Below are positions 38,700-52,300 of a stretch of DNA of 64,000 nt, piece after piece. The stretch covers positions 1,426,001 to 1,490,000 of the forward strand of contig JAYWIR010000028.1 in assembly GCA_036172245.1 (NCBI GenBank), written 5' to 3'. The notes below the pieces were generated by a model. It was not told where the DNA came from and searched no databases. It was given only the letters and a program-made list of their open reading frames with translations. Numbering within the stretch: the stretch's first letter is position 1; every line of letters begins with the position of its first letter. The stretch is from Raillietiella orientalis (Eukaryota). Position numbers and translations under genes: made by a program.

Positions 38700-40020
38700 G
38701 AATTCATAAATCTCTGAAACAAAATCAAGAATTTCTGAAGAATGGAACTCCTAAAGGATCTCTTATGATACTAATGCTGTTTTGATGATGGCCTTTGCAA
38801 TTTCTTTGCTTTGATGTTTTCCTGATTTTAGAAGAAGAACAAATACAGAAGTTGATTATTTCCAGAGATAATAGCTTTACTTTTTTTTGTAGACGGCATG
38901 CCAATTGGTAATCCTGTGCAATCTGGAAATCATTTGCTTGCATCTTGTATTCTGCATTATCCAACAACTGGCGTGAATGCCCCTATTCATAATCCAATAG
39001 AGTTTTAAAGATTACTTCCTTGGTGCTTACTTCTAGTGAATTGCACCTTACTGATGGGACCTTTCCAACATCTTCAAATACGAGTTTACTAAAAGATGCA
39101 TTCATAAGAAGTACATGATCAATTGACTTACTTTTCATTACTGTATGGTTCATGGTATAATTTTGATTTGCTATTTGAGGTCTGTACAACTTTTTTGTCT
39201 GGAGTAGACTGGAAAAAAAAATACAACGCCAAACAATTTTATTTGCAAAAGATGATTTTCAAAAACCACTTTCTAAAGCAAACCTGCAGTGAATATGCTA
39301 CTTTTTTGTCATGAAGTTCCAGTCTTTCCTGTTCTTGTTTTTGCTTAAGTATCATTTTTTTTTGAAGGTTGGCTGCTAATTCAGCATCACGTATTTCTCT
39401 AAATATGGAGTAAAAGAACGGTTTACTTGCTCTTTACAGGCACACTTACTGTTCCTTTAGCTGCAATTGATACAGAGATTTAGCTTCCTTCTCCTCTTTA
39501 AGTTGCTCTTCCTTAGCTTTGGGAAAATCATTCCTAACTAGCTGATTCCGTTGCCGATTCCCAGTATAAAAACTTTCAACTTTGAAAAACAGTCAATCAG
39601 GAACAAAGTCACTCAAGAATATTTGCAAGCAAATATGTTTCAGTTATGAGGGAAATTCGCTTTATATCCTTTAAATTGTAAATCACTTTTCGAAATAAAA
39701 ACCCTTCATTTAAATAAAGGAAAGTGACAATCACAAGTATAGAACCAGATTAAGCACCAATACCCGTGCAATACAAATTCATCATTTTCCTTATAGTGTC
39801 AAACTTATAGTATAAACTACACTTATGGTAATGATGCAATATATGTACCTTCTTCATCTTGGAGTTTGATGGCCAATGCTTTATCTTCCAAAATACTCCA
39901 TGCCTTGCAAACTTATTAAGTGAATATCAAACTATTTGTAAAAATTCACGTAAGCTACTAATTAGGCTGCTTACTTTCACTAACGAAGCCTTTTCTTGGT
40001 TGATTTTCTTCCTCTTCCAT
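38700..40020 (-). CDS. CCDC50: Coiled-coil domain-containing protein 50-like (CCDC50/Ymer N-terminal domain); 3' end approximate
   Basis: ATG at 40020. Spliced peptide MEEEENQPRKGFVSEICKAWSILEDKALAIKLQDEE / VESFYTGNRQRNQLVRNDFPKAKEEQ / RDAELAANLQ / IAQDYQLACRLQ matches the CCDC50 VCxxxxxxEDxALAxxLQxxE and NxxxNxLVxxD pattern plus MIU-like repeats. Confidence 0.8.
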
Positions 40021-43000
40021 GCTATCTATGCCTCAGTTGAATGCTCTGCTCTAAATCATAAAACCAATTTTTAATGCCAGTGCTTCCTAGAGTTCACTAG
40101 AGCGCATGAATACTACAAAACACTTTTTCTGATGGTTTATGAAACAAGCAGACACTGCATACCCGGCTAAGTGAATTTCATGCTCAGGAACGCTATTTGC
40201 TGTGCTACCATGGTGCTTATCCAAACGCACTTTTTACATCGTGAATTCACAACTCCTCGATCAATGTTGATTTTAAATATACAAACTGAGACCATCAACC
40301 GACGATTAGTTTACAAACCATCAACGTGTTTCTAAAACTGGAATACGGGAGAGCACAGCATTTCCTGGCTCATCTCGCAAGCAATTTTAAGCTTCTATTA
40401 ATGAGTTCGTGCATTTATATGCAAATTCAATGCAGGACTCTCGCAAAACACCGGATAGATGAGGCACCATTCTTTTTTCGGTTTGCTGCACCGCTACTCC
40501 GGGGGAACACCCACCCTGCAATTCAGCAGGCTTCCTCTCTCTTTCAACACCTGCAGCGTTACCGAGTCTCTTCGATGAGATTCCTCTCAGCAAAAAAAAA
40601 AAAACAAAACTGAAGACGGAAAAAGGTAGCATTTTCAAGAAACATAACAGTTTCACCAGCAAAACCAAAAGTAATGGAACCACGGGACAGATGCATGCAG
40701 AGAGGATTATGGCTTGAAGAGTTGATGACATTTATTACGAATTTTTTGTTTACTTCATTTCAAGGACCTCAAGCACTTCGTGAAAGAGCTGTTACCGTGC
40801 AGCAAAGGCACCAGTTTCTGCTACTGAGCTCCTCCCACGAAAAAAACACGAAATTTCTGAAAGGTTTCTCTTCTATTTTTCGTGTCGCTTTTTTTTTTTT
40901 TAACTTCTTAATCGTCCAACGTCAATTTTATCAAATCTGAAGTGAACTTTATGCTGTTTAAGCGTGGGTTTTCCGTGATAGTAACAGCGTTTGAAATTCG
41001 CAATTATTTTCTTTAGAATAATGATAGTTAAGATCTTCAGCGTTCTTAATGCAAATGCGTTTTAAATTAATTGCTGTTAATGGAAAGTCTGCTAAGGATT
41101 ATATCAGTAGCATTTAATATTTATAGTGGATGCTTACGTAACAAAGATTAATACCACGTCTAACAAGAGATCAAGACAGAAAACACACACACGCAAAAAA
41201 AAAAAAAAAATGGGAGCACTATTTTCGACATGGAAGTTTTTAATCAGCTTAATTTTTTAACCGATTTCTCAGTTTAGTTTTTGTAGTTTATAGCGTGAGA
41301 TAGTTGATGAAGCTGTGAGGCTCATGAATAAAATCTCGTTTTACAACAACGAAACAATGAGTGTTGATTTCATGCAATGCTACAATACTACTAAGTTCTT
41401 TAGCTTTTCATTAGTGAATCCTTTTGTCATCCTCCAGCTTTTCATTCTTTTCCACTTGTTATTTTGGAAATGTTTGATGTCTTCAGGAATGCATTAGACA
41501 TTTTACATGTTGAATTTAACATTAATCTTATTGCAGCATATACTAATAAATCGAACAGAACATTCCTACAATGGATAACCTTAATTCTGATACAATTTTC
41601 ACTAGAAAGACGAGAAGATTCAACATGGAGCAAAGAATTTCTCCCCAATTGACTGCATTTGAAGCGCATCTAAATTCGATCTTTGATTTCTAAATTAACT
41701 GTAAAGTTTTCTTGCTTAAAAACAATTGACTTTGCAAACCTATAAATGATTCAGTGAAGAATATTTCACATATTCCAATGGAGGCTGCTATTACATTTCA
41801 TGATGATTATCTTAAAACCTAATTTCTTTCGTCATAGCTTCCTTTCTTTCCTTTTCTGCGTACCAGAGACTCTGACTAATTACTTTCATAATTTGGCCAC
41901 TGAATGATCCAATGATTTTTATAGAATGACTCATTCTTATCGATCTCACGTCAAATTGTCTTCTCTGTATTTGAACCCGGATTAACAAAACAAAGCAGCC
42001 AAGAAATCTGTCTAAAAGTATCACTAATAAAGCAAAAAAAGTGTTTCTATTCTCACTGCACATTATCAGTAAAGCAGTACTTGGAAACCTGCTTATCAAA
42101 ATTGAAACCGTCCAAGTTTAAAAGTGGGGAAGTTTAAAAGCACAGTCTTTTTTTTTTTATTTCATATTTGTAATATACGTGAGAAAATCATCAGAAATCT
42201 TTCCTTTAATAATTCGAAGAAAAAGAAAACAGCAACTTGTAAAAACGAATGTGCGCTCATAAATAATAATCCAGCAGAAGTCACAAATCTGTGGAAAGGG
42301 AAGCTCAAAACTTGAAAGGTCTCAATCTTAATCGTGGAATGCAATTTTGAAAGCATCAAACGATTGCATAATCCTGTGTCTCCACATCTAGAAGGCACAG
42401 ATTTGCTTGCGATTATGACATCTGTGATCCATGTTTTGACTGGAAAAAAAGAAAGAAAGAAGCTTCTCCTGCCTTTTCACAACCACAGAAAGATTCTCTG
42501 TATTCGACTGATTATTTGGCATTTCTTGTTATTCAGTCCAGCACTCTAAAATTTCCACGTCATTTCCCGGCAATCCTCCGGTGAACTCTACATGAACCTC
42601 GAAGATCCGATGGAACTATTGACACAACAGGAAAGACTAACTCCTGAAACAAACCTCAGTCTTACTTTTTATTCTAAAAACCGCCAAGGAGGTTCTATCG
42701 CCCCACACAAACACCACGTGATCGTTAATGTAAATTTGCAGCGGTGGTTCGAACTGCTTCTTATTTCCTCGGTGGAAGAGGTTCGATCGTGCATTGCGTT
42801 CTGATTGACAACTTCCATTTTGTGTTGGAAACAGAAACACAGGGAATGTTACATTACATTTCGTCTTTCTGGTCGAACGCAGGTCTCGGTCTCACTTCGT
42901 CCATCGGAATCTCTTTACTCTGTATGCTTCTGATTTCATAAAGCGCTGACAAAGTGAAACCGTTTCGACTTTGACGCCGTTGAGAAAACCGCCCTTTTCT

Positions 43001-46000
43001 TTTTTTCTTTCTTTCTTTTTTTATGAATGTTATGTCGTTTAATGGATATTTATGCTTTTCGAAGGATTTATGAATTTTGACTCTCCGAGATAAACGAGTA
43101 GTCTACGCCGCACAAAGTTCTGAGTGCCAACTCCAAACAAACATCAAACCTTTCACAAAATTCGTTTTCATGATGTTTCTGGAGACAGTTTGAAGAATAG
43201 ACGAGATGAAATTTTTCTTTGCTAGGATGACTATGAGTTTGCATACATCCGTAGCCGTACAGCGAATACCCTTTATGCTGAATACTTTGCATGACTTCCA
43301 ATACATTCGCAGGATTTCGAAACGCTTGAAAAAAAAAAAAAAAAATCAGATTTGGATTGGAAATTTAAGGAATTCTAACGAGTAAGTAAATAACTCATGT
43401 AGAGGGTAAGGTTATTATAGAAGTATCGAATATTATGATCATAGTGGTCGACCATTATGATATGCCAATATTGTCACATAAGACGTAAATCTCCTTAAAT
43501 TCGTTGAGTGTTTTCTTCCTTGAAACCATAGTTCCCTTCACTCTAAACAGACTTTATTCACGCAGAATGCATATTTCGTATTTCCAGGAAATTACCCAGA
43601 GGAAGTAATCTAAAGCGGTCGTGAGAGCAGTAGTGTTTGATTTTATGTGCTGATATTGTATTTCATGTTTTTCTGCATTTCGTCACTTCACAGATTTTTC
43701 GCACTTTTGTTTTGTCCTGCTCTGCAGAAAAATCAAGTGAATTCTTCCGCTCACCTCATTTTTTTCATTCTAATTGCAGCTCTTTTGTGAACAGTTCCTG
43801 CGGTTCCCACTTAAAGCTGAAAGCCTTGTTGCCACAGCCTTCTTATCGGGGAAGGAAAAAAACTTTTTTTTTTTTTCTGTTCCAGCCTTCCCCAGAAAGC
43901 TCGAGTGCCACGGAGATAGCGGAGTGTCATGTCGTTAACACACTACATAAGTTCGGTTATTCATCATTATGCAATCTCCGATAACTACTGGCAGCTCTGC
44001 GTACCGGCAAATTAATCTTCAAGACTTCGGTAGTGGGGGATCACTCCCGTTGACATTTCATCCACTTGTTGTTTGTTCCAGGGATCGAAACATACATAGG
44101 CAGAAAATCCAACTTGGGAAGAAAAAAATAAATCAATAAACGAAAAGATACAATTGCACTGAAGACCGTTGATAAATTTTTGCATTCTCATCGGACTCTG
44201 TGAATTTCAAGAAGGGAGAAAACCACACCTCGCATGCTATTAAAAGGGAATACAGCTCGGAACTGAAAACGGAACCAAGCAATGTAATTAATGAACAAAA
44301 TTTAGTCAGCTCCCTGTATTTGTAAAAAAAAAAAAAAAAAAAAATGCAAGAAAAAAGAAAGAAAAAGAAAATACATATAAGAAAATTACAATCATTTTAA
44401 AAGTAGCGTTCGCCTATTTCATTCAAAATCAACAGCCAAAAGAGATCTGCCATCGAAAATTTCCAATTCGATATGATGACTGAATTTTCAAGAGAATGAT
44501 AAGCCATTTATAAATTCAAATGATGCGAATTCAAACATGAAGCACATCTTCAAGATAAAATGGACAAGGGACAGTGATATGTGATAGAACACCAAACAAA
44601 GCATGTGGGAAGTTGGTTGTTTCAAAGGTGCAGCACAGCAAACATTGCACGAAGAGCTGAAATCCTTTGAGAAAGCTCGAAAATCGGTATTGTGGAGATG
44701 AGGAAACAAGAAAAGGCAAAAGGACAAAAGGCAAAGGAGCTCTAGTATGCCCACTGAGGCTGCTGAAAGACCACAGTGGAACCGCTTGATCGAACACTAA
44801 ATCTTGTCTAACAGATAGTTGGTCAGCTCAGTATTAGCGCCACGATGGACACGGACGGAAGTAAGAGAAGAAGAAGAAGGAAGTTTTAAAAGGAGGAATT
44901 CTTTCCTTCTCCTTTTCTTTCTTTTTTTTGTATTTATAGAAGCGGTCTTATTCGATCCAACTCTCTTGCGAAGGAACTTGACGGGCTGGTAAGCGGCATC
45001 TTGTCCAAAGAGCTCCCTCGACTTAGAAACGATTCAAAGTTCTTTCCCCCTCCTGCTGATCCGAAAAACAGAACGACTCTTATCTTTGGAAGTCTGTTTT
45101 GAATCAAGATGAAAAAAATCGGCAAGTTCGCTGTTCCTTGGACGTGGGTTTCCTTCGCCCATCAGCTTCGTTTACGTGGAGCCCGGAGATTCGGGCAAGG
45201 AAAAGTCTGCTTGCATCCGCGGAACCATCCCGTAGATCTGGAACCGACTCATCTCTTTCCCTTCATCTTTTTTTTTTTTTTTTCTTTTTGGGTAGGGGGG
45301 GGGGAATGAAATTCTGAGGTTATCCATCAGTGGAGTCGGTGCGTGAAAAGCCGAGTCCGTTCCAACCCCAGGAAGTGCGTGAGTGGGTCTGAAGCAGGCG
45401 GATTCGTGAGATAAGAGGATGGAGACAAAGGAGCAGGAAAAGACGTGAAGAATGTTCTTCTGGGAGAAGATGCTTTTCCGATTTTCTTTCACCTTCACCT
45501 ATGAAGTCGCGCCTTCCAAAGGGTGTTGGCTCGGAAGAGCCATCCCGAAAGTTTCAAATGGCACGCATTTGCTGAAACCTCGTTGGGCTTTTTTTTTTTT
45601 TTTCTTTCTTGAAGAAAAAAACAAACAAACAAACATTTATTCCTTGCGAATTGAAACGAAATCATCGTCTTCGCGTTCGTGAATTTAACTCAAACTTCAG
45701 AATAACACGTCTGCAATCATTTGATGGTGAGGGATATTAACATAATGCTTATACACTGAAAGAGAATTTTAAATATGTTTTTTTAAGGATATCGCAGGTG
45801 TATACGATGTTACTACATACACGATATTCTGGGGTGTAGTGAGGTCTCGATAAGATGTGTAATAAAAGCGTGATTTGCAAAAATCGCGAAAAATTAAGCA
45901 TATGGGGAGGTCGCAGCCTCATTTCCAGCTTTGGGTAATGACATTCATTTTACGATGAGAGGTAGGAGTTGTGGGGTTGTTGTTGAAAATTCTTGTACTG

Positions 46001-46231
46001 AATTTCTTGCATTGGAAATTGGGGTTTCGAGAACGAAATCCCGGTGATTGACATGATGGCAGAAAACGCTCTTGCAGAGAGTGCCATGAAGATGACCACT
46101 TGGGTTTTGCTGAAAGCGATTTTGCCCGATGGCTGCCGGGCTGTACGAAGAAAATCCACTTCAAGGAGAAAAAAAAGAGGGATCCAAACATGTAAACCTA
46201 TGTATACGGAGTGCTGGAAGAATACTGTTGA

Positions 46232-46302
46232 GCATCGGTGGTTCAATGGTAGAATGCTCGCCTGCCACGCGGGCGACCCGGGTTCGATTCCCGGCCGATG
46301 CA
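46232..46302 (+). tRNA. tRNA-Gly-GCC: tRNA-Gly (anticodon GCC)
   Basis: GCATCGG...CCGATGC-A acceptor stem, TGGTAGAA D-loop, CTGCCAC anticodon loop, GGTTCGATTCC T-arm; 71 nt with no encoded CCA. Confidence 0.97.
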
Positions 46303-46310
46303 GAACTGCA

Positions 46311-46326
46311 TTTTTTTTTTTTTTTT
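46311..46326 (+). terminator. RNA polymerase III terminator (oligo-T)
   Basis: Long T run starting 9 nt after the tRNA 3' end. Confidence 0.8.
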
Positions 46327-46499
46327 CCTCTCCTCCCGCTTGCGGACGATCTCGTTGCCAAGCGGCAAGCGCGGTTTTTGCATGGCGGGAAAACACACAC
46401 GTGCGCGCCCGGATGCCTCTGCAAGCTGCAAGGCAGCAGCAGGTGCGCGCCTGTCTAGGGAGGACGGGGCTGCCCCGGTCGCGGAGCAGCGCTGATCCG

Positions 46500-49400
46500 C
46501 TGCTGATCGACACGGCAGCAGCCAGAGAAGAAGTACCCCGAAGTCTCGACCGTAGAACCCTTAATCATCGCGTGGTAAGCAGGGGGGAAGCAGCCGTCCT
46601 TCCTGCCTGCCTGCAAGGCTGCGGGATGGCGCTCCGGCGCACGGCTGTAGGGCTCACGGCGCACCCGAGCACGCGCGTGCTCGGGCAGGACGACGGGGGC
46701 GCATGCGCGTTCGGTCCCGCACTCGCATCCTGCGGTCGAGCGGCTTGCCGTGCTCTGCATCTCTGACATCCTGCGAGGGACCGGCTGTCCTGTCCAGTCG
46801 ATCCAGAGAAGTCCTTCTCGCCGATCGGCTGGGAGCGTTGGGAAGGAGGGGGGGAGTGAGGAGGCGACTTCGCCGGAAAGGATCCTGAGGAAAGGACTCC
46901 CAGAGGTGGCGCGAAGTCTTCTCCAGCTTCTGCCAAAGTGCGTTCTTGCGGCGGCGGAGCGGTGCCGTCCGGCTTCCACGGCGCGCGCACCGCTTCGTGG
47001 CTCGCAGGGGGTCCTCCCCTTCTTTCCCCCTCCCCGTGATTGTGCACAAAGGACTTCTTTGCTGCGCGCACCGGAGGAAGGACTTTGCAAAGACGTCATT
47101 CAGAGGAAGGGGGAGCGCGCCAGCAGGCAGGCGGGGAGGAGATGCTGCACCACCTCCACCACCCCTGCCGTGGACTTCGCCCTTTCGTTCCGTGCCCGCT
47201 CCGACACCCAGCGCTCACCAGCGTTTCTTTCGTGGTCCGCGTTCGCTGCCGTGGAAGGACCTCGCCCGGGGCAGTCCCAGCGTGCGCGTTCCCGGGGACG
47301 CAGCCGGGAGCACGCGACCGGGAGGACGTACTGGCTGCTGGACGATGGAGAGAAGGTGCCAGGGTCTGTGGAGATGTTCCTCCGTGAGCGAGCGTCCTCC
47401 TTGAACTGCGGCGCTGGGGATCGGGAAAGGGGGCGGAGCCACCCACATCTGCCGCACCCACATACCTGGACGAAAGGGAACATCCTCGGATTCTGTCAGC
47501 TCCGTAGAGAGGGGGCGCACGCGCATGTGACGCTATGATCCGCGGGCTGCGTGGTGAGGGGAGAGAGGGGAAGAAACGGCGCCCTGGTTTTCCCCTCGAC
47601 CGGAACCCCGGGTCCTCTCGGACGCGTTTTCGGGGCATGGCAAGTTCCTGAGAGAAGGGAAAAAAAAAAAAAAAACGAAGGGATGTCCCTCTTCCCTTTT
47701 CGCCCCCGCCTTTTGCTTCCGTGAGCCACTTGTGCCGTCCTTCCTCGCTGAAAAGCTCCCCGGCTTTAGGCATCTGTGGGAGAAGGGTGGTCTCCAGGCG
47801 TCCTACCTGCCTGTCCTGCTCTGCCTGAGAGAGTCCCCACCCACGGAGGGGGGGGCTCCTGCTGTCCGGCGAAGGGCGGGAAGTGTCATCGCTCCGGATC
47901 CCTTGAAACGGATGCGATCCGGAACACTCCGGGGCGAGTCCCCCTTCTCCCCTAGGATGCAGGTTCCCGCGAAAGGGGAGGAGGAGAGAGAAGTGGTCGC
48001 ATCCACCGCCACCCTGCGGAGGGGGTTCGGCTGTCGCCCGTTCCCGGCGCCATCCCCCAGGAGGGCAGCTTCTCCATTTTTCCATCTCCTGACGCTACTG
48101 GTTCCCGCGGTCGGAGAGCCGCTCGCCCTCTCCTCTGCCATAAGGGTGGGGAGGGTAGGGGGGGGGAGACTTTAGTGGGGAGGAGCGCAGAGTGAAGAGG
48201 AGGCGGAGAGGCCCTTGCTGCCTCAGGCGGGGCCGGTGGCAGCGTCGCGCCAGGACGCCCCTCCCTCTGGTGCAAGGAGGTGGACGGTTCCAGCTCCTTC
48301 TGGCGCCGCCCTCGGCTCCCCGCTGCCGTGGAAACCGGGAGGTCTGGGAAGGTGCGCTCCCGTCGCCAGCGAGGGCGAGTCGTTGCGAAGGGGCACACGT
48401 GCGGAAGGGGCACGCTTGCCGCCGCATCCTCCCTAACCCCTCGGAAGTCCATGAACCAGGAACTCCTTCCTTCCTTCCCCTGACGCATTCCTACTTAAGC
48501 GAGCGCTTCAGAATGCGAGGAGAACGTCGCCCGCCTCCAAGCTGCTCTGCCCCGCGGAGGCCTCTCTACTTACGGTCGCTGCGAACCGGCCAGGCCCTCA
48601 CCGCGCCGCGGGCATCAAGGAGGGCAGGGTGCGGAAGAGGAGTCGACCGTGCCTTCTTCTGATTCTCCTCCTCCTCCACTCCCCATCCCACCCAGCCCGA
48701 AAGGGGACGCGCGATCCGAGAACGTCTCGGGGACGCGAGCGCTCCCCAGCGGTGCTTCGCGCGTCGCCGGTCGGAGAGATGCCAGGAGTAGGACGGCACC
48801 CTTTTCCGGGAAGGCAATACTCCCGGGAGACCCTCCCCCCGCTTCTTACTCTGCCATCTCCTATCTGACCTCCTCCTTTCTGGGGAAAGGGAGAGGGGGA
48901 ACTCCGAGCTGCGGGTCCCGGCTTGCAAGCTGCTTCTGTAGGATAACGGGAGTAGCACGCGAGGGAGGGAGAACTCCCTGAATGTTTGAGCACAACTCCT
49001 CCCAGGGAAGAGGCCCGTGGGGCGATGGCGGACGCGGCCGGCAAGGTGCTCCACCACCTTCGCGGCAGCCCCACCGGCGACCGAGAGCGCCGCGCAGAAG
49101 CGGCAGCGGCGGGATTCCCTTCACTTCTTCCGGGGTAACCGGTGCTCCCGCCCTCTTCCCTCCCTCCGCCTTGGAAACCGGGATTGGAAGCGGAACGGTG
49201 CGTTTTCAGCTTTTCCTTTTCCGGGCGCGAGGGAGGGCAGTGGCGGGATGCGCAGCCTTCCTCTCCTCCTCTGCCTTCCCGCTCCTCCCAATTTTCTCCT
49301 CCCCTCTCCTCCCCGAGGAAACATTCAGGAGGAAAGCAACTACCTTCCTCCCTCGAGAGGGGCGATTTCTTTCTCCCTCCCTGGGGAGAAAGTTGGGGTG

Positions 49401-51320
49401 AACTCTGTCGCTCCCGGTGCTCAAGAAGAGGGAGAGATAGGTTAGGGGTGGGAGGAGGAAAGGAGTGAGCACCGCCTCCTGAGCAGGCGGGAAGGCGGGG
49501 AGCGTGAAGGGGAAGGAGGGACTTGGAGTGGCGGGGCTCGAGCTCCTGCGGTTCTGGGAGCGTTCCCGATGAGGGAGGGAGGGACTCGACCGTTTCTCTC
49601 GGGATGCTTTCCGGCAGGCTATCCGAGCGACCCTTGGAGCCGCTCGGCTGGCTGGAGGCCTCCAGGGACGGACCGGGAAGCAGAGGCTGGGGGGTCGGGA
49701 AGGGGGGAGGCTCCGCGGGAGGGACCCCTCCGGATTACCCTTCCTCCACTACCCTACTCTTCTCGAGAGGGGTTGTTACGGCAGCCTCTCCTCCACGGAC
49801 TTTTCTCTCTTTGGGGAGAGAGGGATGAGGAAGGAGAGGGCGAGTGTCCCGGCTCCCTCTGCTGCTTCCCTCGTCTTCCTCAGACCTGCGCAGGGGGTGT
49901 GGAGAGGAGGGAGCGGGAGAGATATGATTCTCTGCGTGGGGGGGGGGGGCTCCTCACGTTCAAGCTCCTTCCCTCCCTACTCCGGGAAATGCCCTCTCCT
50001 CGGGACCTTCTGCTTTCCTCTCTAAGCATCCAAGGGGGCTGTTGCGGTCGACCTCTGCGTATTCGAAAAGAAAGTAGGAGGGGGGAGGAGCAGGCAGATT
50101 CAGGGGGGAGTTCCAAGGCTCTCAAGGGTCCTGGAACGGACATCCCTCCAAATCCCCACGAACTTTCGGCAGTGAACCCAGCAACTCGCTGCAGAGGCTG
50201 CGTCCTGGACCGCGTTTAGCGGTCTCTTCTCGCAATTCTCCAGCTCGTCTTCAGTGATCCTCCCCGGGGTACCCGTGACTCCGCGAAGCTCGGCTGTCCT
50301 CTCTGATCGCCGGTAGGAAGCCCTAAAGCCAGTCCCTAGATCTTCGAGTCCCATACCGGGGGGAATCGAAGGAGGGAGTCCCCATGTAGTGGTCCGGATG
50401 CTTTTTGTCAGAGCGTCCTCCGCGTCCCGTCTGTCCCGGAAAAGACGAGAGCCGCGCGGGAGCCTGCCGTACCCGTCCCTTCGCACGACGGCAGCGATCT
50501 TGGGATTTTGTCAGATCTCTCGGTTCCTGGTCGCTGCAAGCCGATCGAGGCCGGCGTTTGCGAGCTCAGCTTCTGGAGTGGAGGGACGGTTTCCGGTAAA
50601 GGAAGAGGGGTTTTTAGGGACTCGTAAGGAGAAGCCGCTGTGATCGCGGCAGCCGACCCGTCCGGCACATCGGACAAGGATTCTGGTTAGCCTGAAGGGG
50701 AAGCTGGAGCAGCAGCAGCTCCAGCTTCGCGCCGGGCTCCGCAACCGCCCTGCAGCTTCCCAAGAGTTTCGAGATCGCCAGCGTCCGGCGCGCTGTCCGT
50801 TCGCGGAAGCCTCGGCCGACGAAGCGAAGGAGATGCGGGGAGGGGGGGGGGATGCGTCGGAGGATTCGCCAGCGGCCGTCCCTACAGCACGGCGTCCTTT
50901 GCCGTTCTTGCCTTGGACACCCTCCCAACACGAGGTTGGCGAGGGTAGAAAGGGTTCTTCCGCATCTTCCGTCCTCGTACCCTTCTCCCACCCCTCGCCC
51001 TTTTGTGTTCGCCATGCAGGTCTTTGAGTGGGGAGGGGGAACGCTTCAAAGCCGACTCAGGAGACAGCTCAGGGGTCAAGGTCGTCGTGAAATTACCGAC
51101 CCGATCGAGTCCCTGTAAATCCCTCCTTCGTTCCCGACGCTGCAAGCTTGAGCGCTGGTTTCAGACGGCTTGCCACCCGCGAGCCCCAACACGCTTGAGA
51201 AACAACCACCCATTTTTGGAAGCCGCGCCTCTGCCAGTCGTGTGGTGAGCCCCGCCCCTTCCTGACGGGACGTCACCTCCGGCATGCGCTCAACTCCAGC
51301 CAAGAGACCTTCACCAAGCA
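46500..51320 (-). mobile_element. Decayed L1/Tx1-like ORF2 (APE to RT to 3' region)
   Basis: VGNFTTTLTP (APE GDFN-like, ~51070-51100) and ITEDELENC...FVGIWRDV (start of RT domain, ~50140-50260); no intact ORF. Confidence 0.55.
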
Positions 51321-52300
51321 GGTATCAGTATGTAAAACGATGTGCATTGAATAAAACGTCATCCTTCCCTCTTCCTACCTGAAAGCAGGATGCTTTCCTC
51401 AAGAGGCTCAGTCGCGCGCTGGAGCCCACGAGATCCCGGCAAGAACACGCGGCGCCACAGGGGAGGAACTCGTCCCGAACGAAGCGTCGAAGGCGTCCTC
51501 TGCAGAGAGGAAGTCTTCCTCCTGCGTGTTGCGCGTCGCACGAAGGTCGCACAAGCCTCAAGGCCAAAGCAGCCTGGATTTGAACCCGGTTCACGGTGGA
51601 AAGGTCACTCCTACATACACACAGAGGTATGCATCGTCGTGTACGATTCAGAGTACTCCGGCTTGCAAGTCGGCTGGCATGGGAGAAGAAAACGGGAACG
51701 GCGGGAAGAGGATAAGAGCGTGGGGAAAAATAGAAGACAGAACAAATAAAGTAGGTAGATGAATACTTGATGGGGGACAACGAGTGGGAGCATTTTCGTC
51801 ACCAGAGTCGAAAGAGAGGCGCGGATGGGAGGATCATCGAGTTCTTTGTCCCGCGTCTTCCTTGAAACCTCCATGCGATGCAGGCGGCGTCCTCCTCGAG
51901 TTCTGACGAGGATGGGCTATGGTGCCACTCTCTCCTCATTTCATAGGGGAGGCGGGGGAGGAAGAGGATGGAGGTGCGCGTCCATCTTCCGCTTGCGAGC
52001 CTGCTTCACCGCGACCTTTGCCCGGGGTGCAGAGCAAGGTCGCGAGATCGGACCTGCGGGTGAGTCGGTAGGGAGTGAAAGTATGCCGCAGAAAAATACA
52101 CGTGGGAGTCTTCCAGACGAGAGGAGGTTGCTGCCACACGCTTCCCGCTATCCACTACGAGCTGCTCCCAGCTTAGCGGCGTTCCATCGCTCCCGATCCG
52201 GCGCACAGTTCGGGGAACGGGCGTTCCCGCTCGTCCGGTGGTGCCGGCATGGATTCTGCACGGGAGACCCCCGTACAGGAAGATGTTTGGAGACGGCGCG

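Noticed and set aside
46044..46766. 240 aa ORF spanning the tRNA
   Set aside because: It runs through the tRNA and its poly-T terminator, so it is a chance open frame.
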